Shown here piece by piece: positions 8,076 to 17,764 of a stretch of 64,000 nucleotides of DNA (position 1 is its first letter; every line of letters begins with the position of its first letter). A model generated the notes under the pieces. The model saw nothing but the letters and a program-made list of their open reading frames with translations. It had not been told where the DNA came from and searched no databases. The position numbers were made by a program, and so were the translations under genes. Source of the DNA: Candidatus Levyibacteriota bacterium (lineage in GTDB: Bacteria; Patescibacteriota; Microgenomatia; Levybacterales; UBA12049); the NCBI GenBank assembly GCA_016182235.1, contig JACOXT010000004.1, forward strand, positions 28,537-92,536, read 5' to 3'.

Positions 8076-9437
8076 ATGGTGAATGAAGAAAACTCCATTT
8101 TTTGGAAAAAAATTTTAGGAGAAATAGAAACAGAAATATCCAAAGCCACGTATCTAACACTATTTAAGTCAACTGCGTTGTTGTCTTTGGAAAACGGTGT
8201 TGCTTCGATTGCCGCCCCTTCAACCATGATCATAGACCTTCTCCAGAAACGCTTTTACCAAACGATAAAGCGTACTGTGGATAAACATACCGGCTTTGAT
8301 ACGAAAATACTATTCGTCCCAAAGGTCATCCCCATCCCATCAGGACAGAATACGAAAACCCCAAAAGAAGAAGCTCCTCTTTTTGTACATATCGAGAAAA
8401 AACCAACCATGGTAGGACACCTTCCCGGAGTGCGTCCAGACTATACTTTTCAAACAATGGCTGTTTCCTCAAGCAACCAACTCGCTTATGTCTCAGCCAC
8501 AACGGTCGCAAAAAAAATAGGCAGCTCCTACAACCCTCTTTTTATGTACGGCCCTGTTGGCGTTGGAAAAACTCATCTGATGCAGGCAATTGCAAACGAG
8601 GTTTATAAAAACAATCCCGAAAAAAAAATAATTTACATTACAAGCGAGGGGTTTACCAATGAAGTGGTTGAGGCGATAAGAAACAACGACACGTCAAGAA
8701 TGAAAAGAAGATTTAGGAGTATTGATCTTTTGATTGTAGATGATGTTCAGTTCTTTGCCGGAAAAGAAAAGGTTCAGGAAGAGCTTTTCCACACCTTCAA
8801 CATCCTTGTTGACGCGGGCGCACAAATCGTCCTTTCATCTGATCGCCCGCCGATGGAAATAAAAAAACTGGAAAAAAGGCTTTCATCTCGATTCTCCGGC
8901 GGTCTTACTGTTGACATTGAAGCTCCGGATTTTGAACTTAGATCCGCAATTTTACTCATCAAGGCAAAAAAACACGGTGTTGATTTGCCAATAGATGTGG
9001 CTAAGAAAATTGCCGAAAAAACTAATGACTCAAGAGAGCTCGAGGGACTGCTTGTCAGGGCAATTACAATATCCAAAACAAATGGGATCAAGATAACCAC
9101 AGACACAATAGATAAGACCTTAGATGAGGGGGATGGAGAAAGACACCGCTTCTTTCGTCCGGATGACATCATAAGAAATATTTGTTCTTTCTACAACATC
9201 AAGCCTACCCTTATGAAGGGGCCAAAAAGAGAAGCTCGTCTCGTGAAGGTAAGACAAATCACAATGTATATTCTTAAAAAAGAACTGGCCCTTAGCTTTG
9301 TCGAAATAGGAAACATCCTGGGAGGAAGAGATCACACAACAATTATGCATGGCGTTACCAAAATAGAAGGACTTCTGTTGAATAATTCTTTTTCTGAGGA
9401 AATGCTGAGGATAAAGTCTTTATTAAGAAACGCGTGA
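8076..9437 (+). CDS. dnaA: Chromosomal replication initiator DnaA
   Basis: Walker A is GPVGVGKTHL, followed by LLIVDDVQFF, the sensor region and a C-terminal HTH (GGRDHTTIMHG). Confidence 0.95.
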   Translation: MVNEENSIFWKKILGEIETEISKATYLTLFKSTALLSLENGVASIAAPSTMIIDLLQKRFYQTIKRTVDKHTGFDTKILFVPKVIPIPSGQNTKTPKEEAPLFVHIEKKPTMVGHLPGVRPDYTFQTMAVSSSNQLAYVSATTVAKKIGSSYNPLFMYGPVGVGKTHLMQAIANEVYKNNPEKKIIYITSEGFTNEVVEAIRNNDTSRMKRRFRSIDLLIVDDVQFFAGKEKVQEELFHTFNILVDAGAQIVLSSDRPPMEIKKLEKRLSSRFSGGLTVDIEAPDFELRSAILLIKAKKHGVDLPIDVAKKIAEKTNDSRELEGLLVRAITISKTNGIKITTDTIDKTLDEGDGERHRFFRPDDIIRNICSFYNIKPTLMKGPKREARLVKVRQITMYILKKELALSFVEIGNILGGRDHTTIMHGVTKIEGLLLNNSFSEEMLRIKSLLRNA

Positions 9438-9579
9438 GAAAACTAACCGGCTCTTCTTATCTTGTTATTAACCACCTCTTCCACAAGATATCCACATTTT
9501 TTCCTTCTTTCAGCCTTGCTTTTTTCCACTTTTCCATATACACTACTACAACTACAAGATTATAAATATAAGTAAATAA
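9438..9579. promoter_or_regulatory. dnaA-dnaN intergenic region with DnaA-box-like sites and an AT-rich tract (alternative oriC candidate)
   Basis: ATATCCACA lies at 9488-9496 (1 mismatch) and a TTTTCCACT-like site near 9532. An AT-rich stretch precedes the dnaN start. Confidence 0.45.
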
Positions 9580-10722
9580 ATGAAAGCTTCCTTTCTTTTA
9601 CAAAACCTTTCTAGGAGAATATCTTTTGTTAATCATGCTGTTTCGGCAAAAAGCCAACTCCCAATTCTTCTTAATTTCCTAATCGAAGCAAAAAAAGGAA
9701 GGTTAATAATAAGCGCAACGGATCTGGAAATTGGTATAGTAGCAGAAGTTCCGGCAAAAATAGAAGAAGAGGGCAGCGTAACAATTCCGGCAAAAGCAAT
9801 TACAGAGCTAATATCGGTAGCCCCAATAGAGAAAATAACGCTCCAAACCAAACCCGAGGGGCTTTTTTTGACAGGAGAAAGAGTAAAGACAACTTTTCAG
9901 ACAATGCCCACAGATGAGTTTCCCAAGCTTTATGGAGACAAAGGTTCAGAGCTAATAAGGCTTAAAAGAAATACGATTGACAAAGAATTTTCAAGGGTTG
10001 TTTTTGCGGCAAGTCAAGACGCAGAAAGACCAGCCCTTTCTGGGGTTTTGATAAAAGAGGGAGAGTCAATGAGTAAAGAGGGGTTTTCTCTTGTTGCGAC
10101 CGATGGGTATAGGCTGTCTTTACAAAGGGAAGCTTTGGGAGGTACTAAAAAGAAAAAAACCACAGATGCCTCAATGATTGTGCCGTCCCGAGTTATTAGG
10201 GAGCTTATTTTAATGAATAAGGAGGCTTCGGAAGGGGGCGACATAGGCGTTTACGTACCGCAAGAAACCAACCAGGTGATATTTTCTCAAAACGACGTAA
10301 CCATTGTGGGAAGGCTTATTGAGGCGGAATTTCCTAATTTTGAAAAAATAATCCCACAAGATTATTCAACAAAAACCATCTTTGAGAAAGAAGCCCTGCA
10401 AAGAGCTGTTAAAGCAAGCTACGTGTTCGCACGGCAAACCGCAAACATAGTAAAGCTTTCGATCATGAAAGATAAGATAGTTGTTTCCGCCAATGCTCCT
10501 TCTTTCGGAAGTAGCGTTATGGAAGTGGACGCAAAAACAACCGGCGAGGAGAATGAGATCGCTTTTAGCGTGCGTTACCTTTTGGATTTTTTTTCAAATA
10601 TCGACGGGGAGGAAGTTTCATTTGAAATGACCGGCCCGTTAAATCCCGGAGTTTTTAAAATAGTAGGGGATGATACATACCTGCATCTAATAATGCCAAT
10701 TCGGATACAACAAGAGGCCTAG
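9580..10722 (+). CDS. dnaN: DNA polymerase III beta sliding clamp
   Basis: 380 aa, directly downstream of dnaA. It has three-domain clamp-like motifs (LVATDGYRLS, MPIRI C-terminus). Confidence 0.9.
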   Translation: MKASFLLQNLSRRISFVNHAVSAKSQLPILLNFLIEAKKGRLIISATDLEIGIVAEVPAKIEEEGSVTIPAKAITELISVAPIEKITLQTKPEGLFLTGERVKTTFQTMPTDEFPKLYGDKGSELIRLKRNTIDKEFSRVVFAASQDAERPALSGVLIKEGESMSKEGFSLVATDGYRLSLQREALGGTKKKKTTDASMIVPSRVIRELILMNKEASEGGDIGVYVPQETNQVIFSQNDVTIVGRLIEAEFPNFEKIIPQDYSTKTIFEKEALQRAVKASYVFARQTANIVKLSIMKDKIVVSANAPSFGSSVMEVDAKTTGEENEIAFSVRYLLDFFSNIDGEEVSFEMTGPLNPGVFKIVGDDTYLHLIMPIRIQQEA

Positions 10723-12257
10723 GGGGTTGGTTGTGATGGGATAAGGGTTGGGGTGGGGGTTGGGGCGCTGCAACTTCTTATAAAAAGACCAGACTTAAAA
10801 TAGTACTGAGGTATCGCGCAATCATATACTCGCTTTTTGCTAGCATCAGCTGGCGAATATTCTATACAAAAGCCATGTTCAATGATACACACATTTGGAT
10901 CATCAAAGCAGCTATTGTAACTTGGGTTTTTGTCGCAAGCTATAATGCCATTCGTACACTTATCAACACAACTTGCCGTTATGGTAATCCCCTCCTCCCT
11001 GCTGTGATACTCGGCAAGATTCCTGGCGCATGCATTGCCATCGGCCACCATTATGTTGTTGCCGTTGGGGTCAGAGCAGTCAACCCCAAACAACTGATGA
11101 CCCTGACCGCCATCTCTTCCGGCAAGAAAGATTATGAGAAAAACAATTATGATGATTAAAATTATAACCCCAATTACAATCCATCCCACTGGATTTGACA
11201 CCAAAGCCCCAACACCTGTGGCTACAGCTCTTCCTGCGGCCATTCCGGCCTGAACAGCAAGTCTTCCCCCGATTCTCGCTATTCCCCTTCCTGCGCCGCC
11301 ACCCCCTCTTCCAAAAGTTCTTCCCAGAAATCTTCCCGCTCTGGTTGATTGGGAGGGGATGCGCGTAAGATTCGCGGGTCTTGATTCTTCCTGCTGGATT
11401 TTCCGTAAGATCCTAGAAATGTTTTGTGAGCTGGGCTTATCTTCCCTTTCCTCAGGCTTTATTTGTTCGCCCGAGTTTTTTTCATGCGAAAGAAGATTAT
11501 GTGAGTTTGTCTTTTCCGGGTGATCTTTTGCAAATTTTGACCACTCATGTTTCTTAATGGCATTACCAACCTCTTCCATAGAATAGTTTCCGCCACCTTT
11601 TTTTAGAAAGTCACTTCTCGCAACAACATGTTCTTCGATAGTTTTGTTTAACCTTATTATCGCGGGGTCGTTCTCGGGATTTTTATAAATTTTTTTCTTT
11701 TCCCTGTCGTATCTTTCCAGCCTTTTTGCGTACTTTGGGTTATCTCGGTATGTCTTTTGGGCATCTTTTGATAGCGAGGGGAGATCCTCGTTTTCTAAAG
11801 AACCATAAAGATAGTCTAGCCCCTCCTGTGAAGAAAAATCTTTTCCGGGATTTTTTTCAAGCCAATCTTTTTTAAGTTTTTCCTCAATTTTTTTATAGTC
11901 TTTATCGTCTTGGATAATCTTTGGGCGCTCAAGAAACATTGCGGCAAGAACAGGAACACCTGCTAGAGATTGCGGAACGTTAGATAGATCAACCGAGCCA
12001 TTTTTTTGCATTTGGATATCCTCATGCTGGCTCCTAAGATAATAATAGGTATCAGCTATTTCTTTCCCGATCCAGATGTCGGGATCTATGTTTTTCTGCC
12101 TTGCCCACCTATAGAATTCTTCTGGAGTTCCTATGCCAAGAGCTTCGGGGTATTTTCTTGAAAAGTTCTGCCATTCAAATGTTTTAGCGTCGGCTTCCTT
12201 GGGGCGTTCTCTTATAAACCTCTCGATTTGGGCAAAGTTTCTGATTTGTGGATCCAT
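10719..12257 (-). CDS. Hypothetical single-pass membrane protein with a Gly/Arg-rich juxtamembrane segment and a Cys-rich C-terminal ectodomain
   Basis: 512 aa. The G/R-rich segment is RTFGRGGGGAGRGIARIGG, followed by a TM helix (WIVIGVIILIIIIVFLIIFLAG), a C-rich tail and a PT linker. It is the last gene of the T4SS-like operon. Confidence 0.5.
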   Translation of the reverse strand: MDPQIRNFAQIERFIRERPKEADAKTFEWQNFSRKYPEALGIGTPEEFYRWARQKNIDPDIWIGKEIADTYYYLRSQHEDIQMQKNGSVDLSNVPQSLAGVPVLAAMFLERPKIIQDDKDYKKIEEKLKKDWLEKNPGKDFSSQEGLDYLYGSLENEDLPSLSKDAQKTYRDNPKYAKRLERYDREKKKIYKNPENDPAIIRLNKTIEEHVVARSDFLKKGGGNYSMEEVGNAIKKHEWSKFAKDHPEKTNSHNLLSHEKNSGEQIKPEEREDKPSSQNISRILRKIQQEESRPANLTRIPSQSTRAGRFLGRTFGRGGGGAGRGIARIGGRLAVQAGMAAGRAVATGVGALVSNPVGWIVIGVIILIIIIVFLIIFLAGRDGGQGHQLFGVDCSDPNGNNIMVADGNACARNLAEYHSREEGITITASCVDKCTNGIIACDKNPSYNSCFDDPNVCIIEHGFCIEYSPADASKKRVYDCAIPQYYFKSGLFIRSCSAPTPTPTLIPSQPTP

Positions 12258-12260
12258 AGG

Positions 12261-14258
12261 CTACTCTTTGGGTTTTTGCTGGTCAAATTGCGTGGCGTTG
12301 GTTTGCAGACTAGGCGGAAAATCATTGATAATTGTTGGTTCGGGCTGGGGCTTACTTGATGGAAAAAGTTTTTCTCTTAGTTCCTCAATGCTCTGCCGAG
12401 AAGATGTGTTGGTAGGGGGAGTTTGGGGTGGGTTATTCTGGTTGGATGGAGTCTCAGGGGGCGGTGGCTGGGGTAATGCCTCTTCTCTTTCTTTTATATC
12501 TTGCGGATTTGTTGTTGCGAGAGTTTTTTCAAAAGGTGCCGCAACTATTTTTATTGCCACATGGGACTGTCCGGCGAAAAATAATCCTTCGCCAACATCA
12601 ACCGCAAGAAGAAGCTCTTTTTCTCCTTTTGAGAGGTAAAATATTTGGGTTACCATGTCTATCTCGGTCGGACTCTGCTTTAGAAGAACTTGAATAGAAG
12701 AATTAGACAATACGGCTTTGCCATAGTCTGTCGAAAGAAAATCCTGAACATCCTGGGTGGCTGTTGTTAACGCCAGATAATACTTGCGTGCCCTTTTGGC
12801 AATCCCATACACGAAAGAGGCAGAATCTGGGTATTTCATCAAATGCCATGCCTCGTCTAAAATAAGAAGTCTTTTCTTAAGGCTGGACCTAACCCTTGTC
12901 CAAACAAAATCCAAGATAATATGCATCGCAATTGACCTAAGATTGTCCTCAAGTCCCCGGATTGAGAAAACAGTAAATGGATTGGTAATATTAAAATTTG
13001 ATTGCTGATTAAATATTCCGGAAAGTGATCCTTTTATGAATTTTTCCAAACGAAGCGCGAGTTCTTGGGCACGGCTTTCTTCCATTCCAAGTAAAACCTT
13101 GTATAAGTCCTCAAGAAGGGGCGGAGTTCTTTTTTGGGTTGACGGATCTATCGTTATACCTTTTTGTCTGTATGTCTCAACCAATGCCCTGTCTAAAATA
13201 GCATCATAGGCGGGGTCAAGGTCTCCCATTACAATTTTAAGAAGCCCATGAAGAGACAGAATCTTAAGCCCCAGCTCGTTTTCTTCTTCTTTGTAAAGCC
13301 CAGCCAGATCAAAGGGGTTAATTTTTATAGGGGATGTTGGGGTAAATACCACATATTCCCCCCCAAGGGTTTTTGTTATAGCCTCATACTCTCCCTCGGG
13401 GTCAATGATTATAATTTCTGTTCCAAACATAAATTGACGCATTGCCTCTAGTTTTATAAGAAAAGACTTTCCGGATCCGGATTTTCCAAAAACAACTTCG
13501 TTGGCGTTTTCAAGCGTAAACCTGTCAAACACAACAAGAGATCCGTTTTGCTGGTTAAGCCCATACATGATTCCCTTGTCTTGGGAGAGCGTTGCTGAAG
13601 TAAAAGGGAAGGTTGACGCAAGAGACGTAGTATCCATATTTCGGGCTATAAACAGATTGTCTACTCCAAGAGGTATGGTTGACTTGAACCCGGCCTCCAT
13701 TTGTAGGGTTGCCCTTTTTGGCAGTATAAGAAGAGAAGCAAGAATGGATTCAAGTCTTTTTGAGGCCTGTTCAATCTCGGGAAGATCTTCGCCATAAAGA
13801 GTTACATACAGACTCATCTGGAAAAATCGCTCAACTCCTTTGGCTAGTTCTTCGGCAAGATTTAACGCGTCATCTAGAGCAGCCTGAACTTTCGCGTCAG
13901 GCACAAGCCCCTGATCAACCTGAGAAGCGATAGTTGCTTCCATTTCCGCGGTTTTACGCCTTATATCAGATAAGACATCCGTAGATGACGTTGGGTATAC
14001 AAACATAGATATGTTAAGAGAATGATTAAAGTCAATAAGGGGAGACAGCCAGTTTGGGGAGACATAGCGAGGATAACCTACGATAAAAAAGGTTTTATAA
14101 AAGTTTTGACCTACTCTTATAAAATTAAAATCCACTTCAACTGAGGATGGCGCTATAACGTCAACAATTGAAACCATTCCTTTCTCAAGGTAAACTAGGG
14201 GTGAATTGGAAGCGCTCTTGTTTTGAGCGGATGTTTTTTTATTATTTTTGAAAAACAT
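12261..14258 (-). CDS. VirB4/TraC/PrgJ-like type IV secretion ATPase
   Basis: Walker A is FGKSGSGKSFLIK and Walker B is RLLILDEAWHLM. Size and N-domain pattern fit VirB4. The C-terminal tail is Pro/Gln-rich. Confidence 0.85.
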   Translation of the reverse strand: MFFKNNKKTSAQNKSASNSPLVYLEKGMVSIVDVIAPSSVEVDFNFIRVGQNFYKTFFIVGYPRYVSPNWLSPLIDFNHSLNISMFVYPTSSTDVLSDIRRKTAEMEATIASQVDQGLVPDAKVQAALDDALNLAEELAKGVERFFQMSLYVTLYGEDLPEIEQASKRLESILASLLILPKRATLQMEAGFKSTIPLGVDNLFIARNMDTTSLASTFPFTSATLSQDKGIMYGLNQQNGSLVVFDRFTLENANEVVFGKSGSGKSFLIKLEAMRQFMFGTEIIIIDPEGEYEAITKTLGGEYVVFTPTSPIKINPFDLAGLYKEEENELGLKILSLHGLLKIVMGDLDPAYDAILDRALVETYRQKGITIDPSTQKRTPPLLEDLYKVLLGMEESRAQELALRLEKFIKGSLSGIFNQQSNFNITNPFTVFSIRGLEDNLRSIAMHIILDFVWTRVRSSLKKRLLILDEAWHLMKYPDSASFVYGIAKRARKYYLALTTATQDVQDFLSTDYGKAVLSNSSIQVLLKQSPTEIDMVTQIFYLSKGEKELLLAVDVGEGLFFAGQSHVAIKIVAAPFEKTLATTNPQDIKEREEALPQPPPPETPSNQNNPPQTPPTNTSSRQSIEELREKLFPSSKPQPEPTIINDFPPSLQTNATQFDQQKPKE

Positions 14259-14260
14259 AT

Positions 14261-14893
14261 TTAGGTAGTTTTTTTAACAATAGGAAATTCGAAATTGCCA
14301 GCGGCTTGATTTATGTGTTCGTATTCCCCGTTATATATTTCGTAAAACAGTCTTACCAAGTCTTCTTTTCCAAGCGTTTTTGCTTGTAAGCCAATTCGCC
14401 CCAATTGTGAATGTATAGACTCTCCTTTAATAGAAAGCCTTGCTTTTGCAGTTTTGAAGAAACTTCCCTGATCTTGTCCTAAGCCTGCCTCCAGGGAAGA
14501 GTGTGAACAAACTATATAAAATTTCTTATCTAAAACAGTATTTATGGTAACAAGTTCCTGTATAAAATCGCGATATTGTTTTATATGGCTTTTTAAAAGA
14601 GGATTCTGGCTTTCCGTAATTTCGTCGTCTAAAAGCTTAAGATATGACGATATATCGACCTTTTTACTTAGGACAACTATTTGGATAGGAAAAGACAGGG
14701 AGTTTAGAAGAGACGAATAAGAGAGCACTTTTGAGTCCTGCTCCTCTTTGGACAAAAGAGCAAAATTAGTCGCTTCAACTTCAATAATCAAACAGGCATT
14801 TCCAGAAGACAGTAAAACGACATTGTCTATAATATCCTGAATCTCAATAAATTTTTGGGTCGTTGTTCGAATTTTTTGGGCAGTTTTTTTCAT
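14261..14893 (-). CDS. Hypothetical protein resembling a VirB4 N-terminal domain, without ATPase motifs
   Basis: 210 aa. FIEIQDIIDNVVLLSSGNACLIIEVEATNFALLSKEEQ parallels the start of the adjacent VirB4-like protein. There is no Walker motif. Confidence 0.4.
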   Translation of the reverse strand: MKKTAQKIRTTTQKFIEIQDIIDNVVLLSSGNACLIIEVEATNFALLSKEEQDSKVLSYSSLLNSLSFPIQIVVLSKKVDISSYLKLLDDEITESQNPLLKSHIKQYRDFIQELVTINTVLDKKFYIVCSHSSLEAGLGQDQGSFFKTAKARLSIKGESIHSQLGRIGLQAKTLGKEDLVRLFYEIYNGEYEHINQAAGNFEFPIVKKTT

Positions 14894-14913
14894 AGTTTCG
14901 ACAAGCTCACTAT

Positions 14914-16113
14914 TTATTTGTCTCCAAAAAGGGATTTCCTAAGTTCCTCTCTTGTGTCTATGGATACGACTTCAAGAGGCATAATTATGTCACCTTTTAC
15001 CGTAATTTCTACGGCATCGAACTTGTGAATTTTCCTTGGGTCTTCAAATTCAATAGTGTAAATGCCGTTTATCAATGGGGTCGCGGAAATAAACCTGCCT
15101 AGCTCATTGGTCTTGAATGCCCTGACAGGATTTCCTTCCTTGTCCTTGACCTCAACCAAAATATTTGCCAGCATATTATCCCTTGAATCTTTTACAATAC
15201 CCGTTACGAGATTTGGGGCGCTTGGAGTTATTGGCAGACCTATATTTTTACCCATGTTTTGAGGTATGCGTATTACATTTTTAGTTTCTGTTTTTGGCAC
15301 AGCAGTAGAGGGAGTAAAGACATTCTTTGGTTTTGTCTCCATTTTTTGTCTTAGGGATAACAGCTCTTGTGCGAGTTGTTCTTTTTGAGAGTTTACTTCC
15401 TGGAGTTTGCTTTCCAGCTCTGAAACTTTTTTATGAGAGAGGTCTTCAGATTGTTTTTGCTCAGTTTGTTTTTGGACAACGGGAATTTGGATCTTTATGG
15501 GTTCGGGAGGTTTTTCTAAAATTGTAGGTATTTGGGGTTTATTTACTAAAGACTTTGGATTGTTAGCCTTCATGGGGGCGGGGGTAGGCGGATTGATAAA
15601 CCTGGGCATGGGTTGATTTTTGGGCGAAGGGGCAATGGCTTTTTGGCTAGCGGAGGTTAAATTGGAAAGAGACGCCAGAAAATTTGCTTCCTTGTCGTCT
15701 AATTTGTTTCCGGGATGTCTAGGAAGAGACCGAAGATACATTTTTAATCTGTCGTTATCGGAGGGTGGCAATTTTTTTATTTCTTTTTTTTGAGCTGGAT
15801 GAATGCTTGGGAAATAAAGTTGTCCTCCTGCTTTTTGATAAACAAATTGGGTTGGACTAATAAGAGCTTTAATAAAATGAGATATCATAGCATCAAGCGG
15901 ACGGCCCTCAACAGGTAAATATGCAAGGCTTATTCCCACGACCGCGAAAAAAACCGAGATTGGAAATTTAATGATAAAAAAAATTGGCATTTGCAAAATA
16001 AGCCATGCAAAAACAATACCTGTTATCAGATAGCTAAACTGCTTTATTGTCATATTGCCGATTAGCTTGAATTGAAATCCCGTTACGTCTTGAGGAATAG
16101 GATGATCTTCCAT
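14914..16113 (-). CDS. PrgI/VirB3-like membrane protein fused to a coiled coil and a carboxypeptidase-regulatory-like beta domain
   Basis: The N-terminus (IPQDVTGFQFKLIGNMTIKQFSYLITG plus 2 TM) looks like the PrgI family. The C-terminus (TGIVKDSRDNMLANILVEVKDKEGNPV) looks like a CarboxypepD_reg fold. Confidence 0.6.
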   Translation of the reverse strand: MEDHPIPQDVTGFQFKLIGNMTIKQFSYLITGIVFAWLILQMPIFFIIKFPISVFFAVVGISLAYLPVEGRPLDAMISHFIKALISPTQFVYQKAGGQLYFPSIHPAQKKEIKKLPPSDNDRLKMYLRSLPRHPGNKLDDKEANFLASLSNLTSASQKAIAPSPKNQPMPRFINPPTPAPMKANNPKSLVNKPQIPTILEKPPEPIKIQIPVVQKQTEQKQSEDLSHKKVSELESKLQEVNSQKEQLAQELLSLRQKMETKPKNVFTPSTAVPKTETKNVIRIPQNMGKNIGLPITPSAPNLVTGIVKDSRDNMLANILVEVKDKEGNPVRAFKTNELGRFISATPLINGIYTIEFEDPRKIHKFDAVEITVKGDIIMPLEVVSIDTREELRKSLFGDK

Positions 16114-16214
16114 ACAAACAGCATATATCGTGAAAAATTAGATTGCAACCCCTACAAAATATATCAAATCTAATAAATTATAAGTGTTTCTGTGAAAAAT
16201 GATAGAATGAAGCA

Positions 16215-16877
16215 ATGATCTATTTACTTTTACTATTTTTGGAAATCGCTTTGTTGTTTTTTCTTTCGCGCGCAGTGAGCCAGGCTCTTTCCCGATTCTT
16301 ATCCATACAAATTTTATCTTTTATTTTTTTGCCCGGGGTTATAATCCATGAGCTGTCCCATATGTTAGTCGCGTCAGTTTTGTTTGTCAGGGTAGGGGAT
16401 ATGGAGTTTTCTCCAAAAATTACAGAAGGAAAGCTCAAGTTGGGGAGTGTGGCAATCGCAAAAACCGACCCAGTAAGAAGGGCAATAATAGGCTTTGCGC
16501 CTGTTTTCACAGGCGTCTTAATAATTCTTGGAATTATATACTTTTTTTCCAATAGCTTCTTGCTCTTTCAGGAAAACCAAATATACATGACGGTATTTAT
16601 GGTTTTGGCAATCATTTATATTTTGTTTGCAATTTCAAATACTATGTTTTCAAGCAGGAGTGATATGGAAGGGACATTAGAGCTTATTATAGTTTTTTTG
16701 GTAATTTTTGCAGTTCTTTATTTTCTTGGCTTTCGTGTTCCTGTTTCTTTTTTAGAATATTTAAATACACCAGGTATCGTAAAGCTTTTCAAAGAAGCAT
16801 GTCTATTTCTTTCCGCGCCGATCGCAATAGACTTTGTTATATTAAGAGGAATTAAGCTTTTTAGAAAAGAATTATGA
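16215..16877 (+). CDS. Polytopic membrane protein with an HExxH motif (putative metalloprotease)
   Basis: 220 aa with about 5 TM helices. GVIIHELSHMLVA sits at a membrane boundary. The gene is embedded, on the opposite strand, in the pilin cluster. Confidence 0.5.
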   Translation: MIYLLLLFLEIALLFFLSRAVSQALSRFLSIQILSFIFLPGVIIHELSHMLVASVLFVRVGDMEFSPKITEGKLKLGSVAIAKTDPVRRAIIGFAPVFTGVLIILGIIYFFSNSFLLFQENQIYMTVFMVLAIIYILFAISNTMFSSRSDMEGTLELIIVFLVIFAVLYFLGFRVPVSFLEYLNTPGIVKLFKEACLFLSAPIAIDFVILRGIKLFRKEL

Positions 16878-16889
16878 ATCCAGCGCCTC

Positions 16890-17216
16890 TCAGCAGCCGA
16901 ATCCAAATGTTTTAATGCAGGGGACTTGAGTGACTTCGAATATAAGGTTTCGTATGAAAAAAGAAAATAGAACAAGCAAAAGCCCCACAATTGCAAATAT
17001 AAGCGTGTTTCTTGCCGATTCAAGAACTTTTGGATCTCCCGCAGAATGCATATACTTATAACCGCTAAAAATTATAAATACCAATGAAGTAATTCCCACA
17101 AACATTAAAAGAGCATTTATGATATTTAAGAAAACAGCAGGAATACAAGAAAGGGTGGCAACGCCATTCTCAACACAGTTAATTTTTAAAAATTCATCCC
17201 ATTGAAACTGAGGCAT
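16890..17216 (-). CDS. T4SS pilin-like protein (VirB2/TrbC-like), paralog 1
   Basis: Two-TM hairpin with the shared motif FSGYKYMHSAGDPKVLESARNTLIFAIVGLLLV. Confidence 0.7.
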   Translation of the reverse strand: MPQFQWDEFLKINCVENGVATLSCIPAVFLNIINALLMFVGITSLVFIIFSGYKYMHSAGDPKVLESARNTLIFAIVGLLLVLFSFFIRNLIFEVTQVPCIKTFGFGC

Positions 17217-17285
17217 AATTTAAGACTAGCAGAGAGAAAGCAAAAAAACAATAGTCTACAAAAAGCGTTTGATAAGCAAGAGAAG

Positions 17286-17750
17286 CTAGGAAGTAGGAGC
17301 AACTATTTTTGGAATCTTTAGATCAGTAAGGCTCAAATCGAAGGCCGCAAGAACAAGAGAAACAATAAAAATTGCCAGGAAAACAACTATAAGTCCGACT
17401 ACAGCGGCGATAATATGGTTTCTTGCCGCCTCAACTTGATCTTTTTCTCCTCTTGAAGTTATCCACTTTACCCCTCCATATAAGAGATACAAAAGTGCAA
17501 TAACAACAGCAATTACTATAATGGCAATTACTATATTGCCTAGTGTTTTAGAAGTTTGGTTTCCACCAATTGCACATAAGACATCAAGAAAGGGATTAAC
17601 TTCTTTACCGGGTCCGACTCCAACACACGGATCCACTTCTGTTTGCGCAAATGCGGGAAAAGCTAAAAGAGGATAAAGGAATGAAGCTTGAATAAAGAGA
17701 AATAATTTCTTCATTAAATTTATAGTAGAGGGTGTTTTCGCATTTGTCAA
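17286..17750 (-). CDS. T4SS pilin-like protein, paralog 2 (likely start at MKKLFLF, nt 17714)
   Basis: It has a signal peptide plus the motif YGGVKWITSRGEKDQVEAARNHIIAAVVGLIVV. Confidence 0.7.
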   Translation of the reverse strand: MTNAKTPSTINLMKKLFLFIQASFLYPLLAFPAFAQTEVDPCVGVGPGKEVNPFLDVLCAIGGNQTSKTLGNIVIAIIVIAVVIALLYLLYGGVKWITSRGEKDQVEAARNHIIAAVVGLIVVFLAIFIVSLVLAAFDLSLTDLKIPKIVAPTS

Positions 17751-17764
17751 GGGGTATCTTAGCT

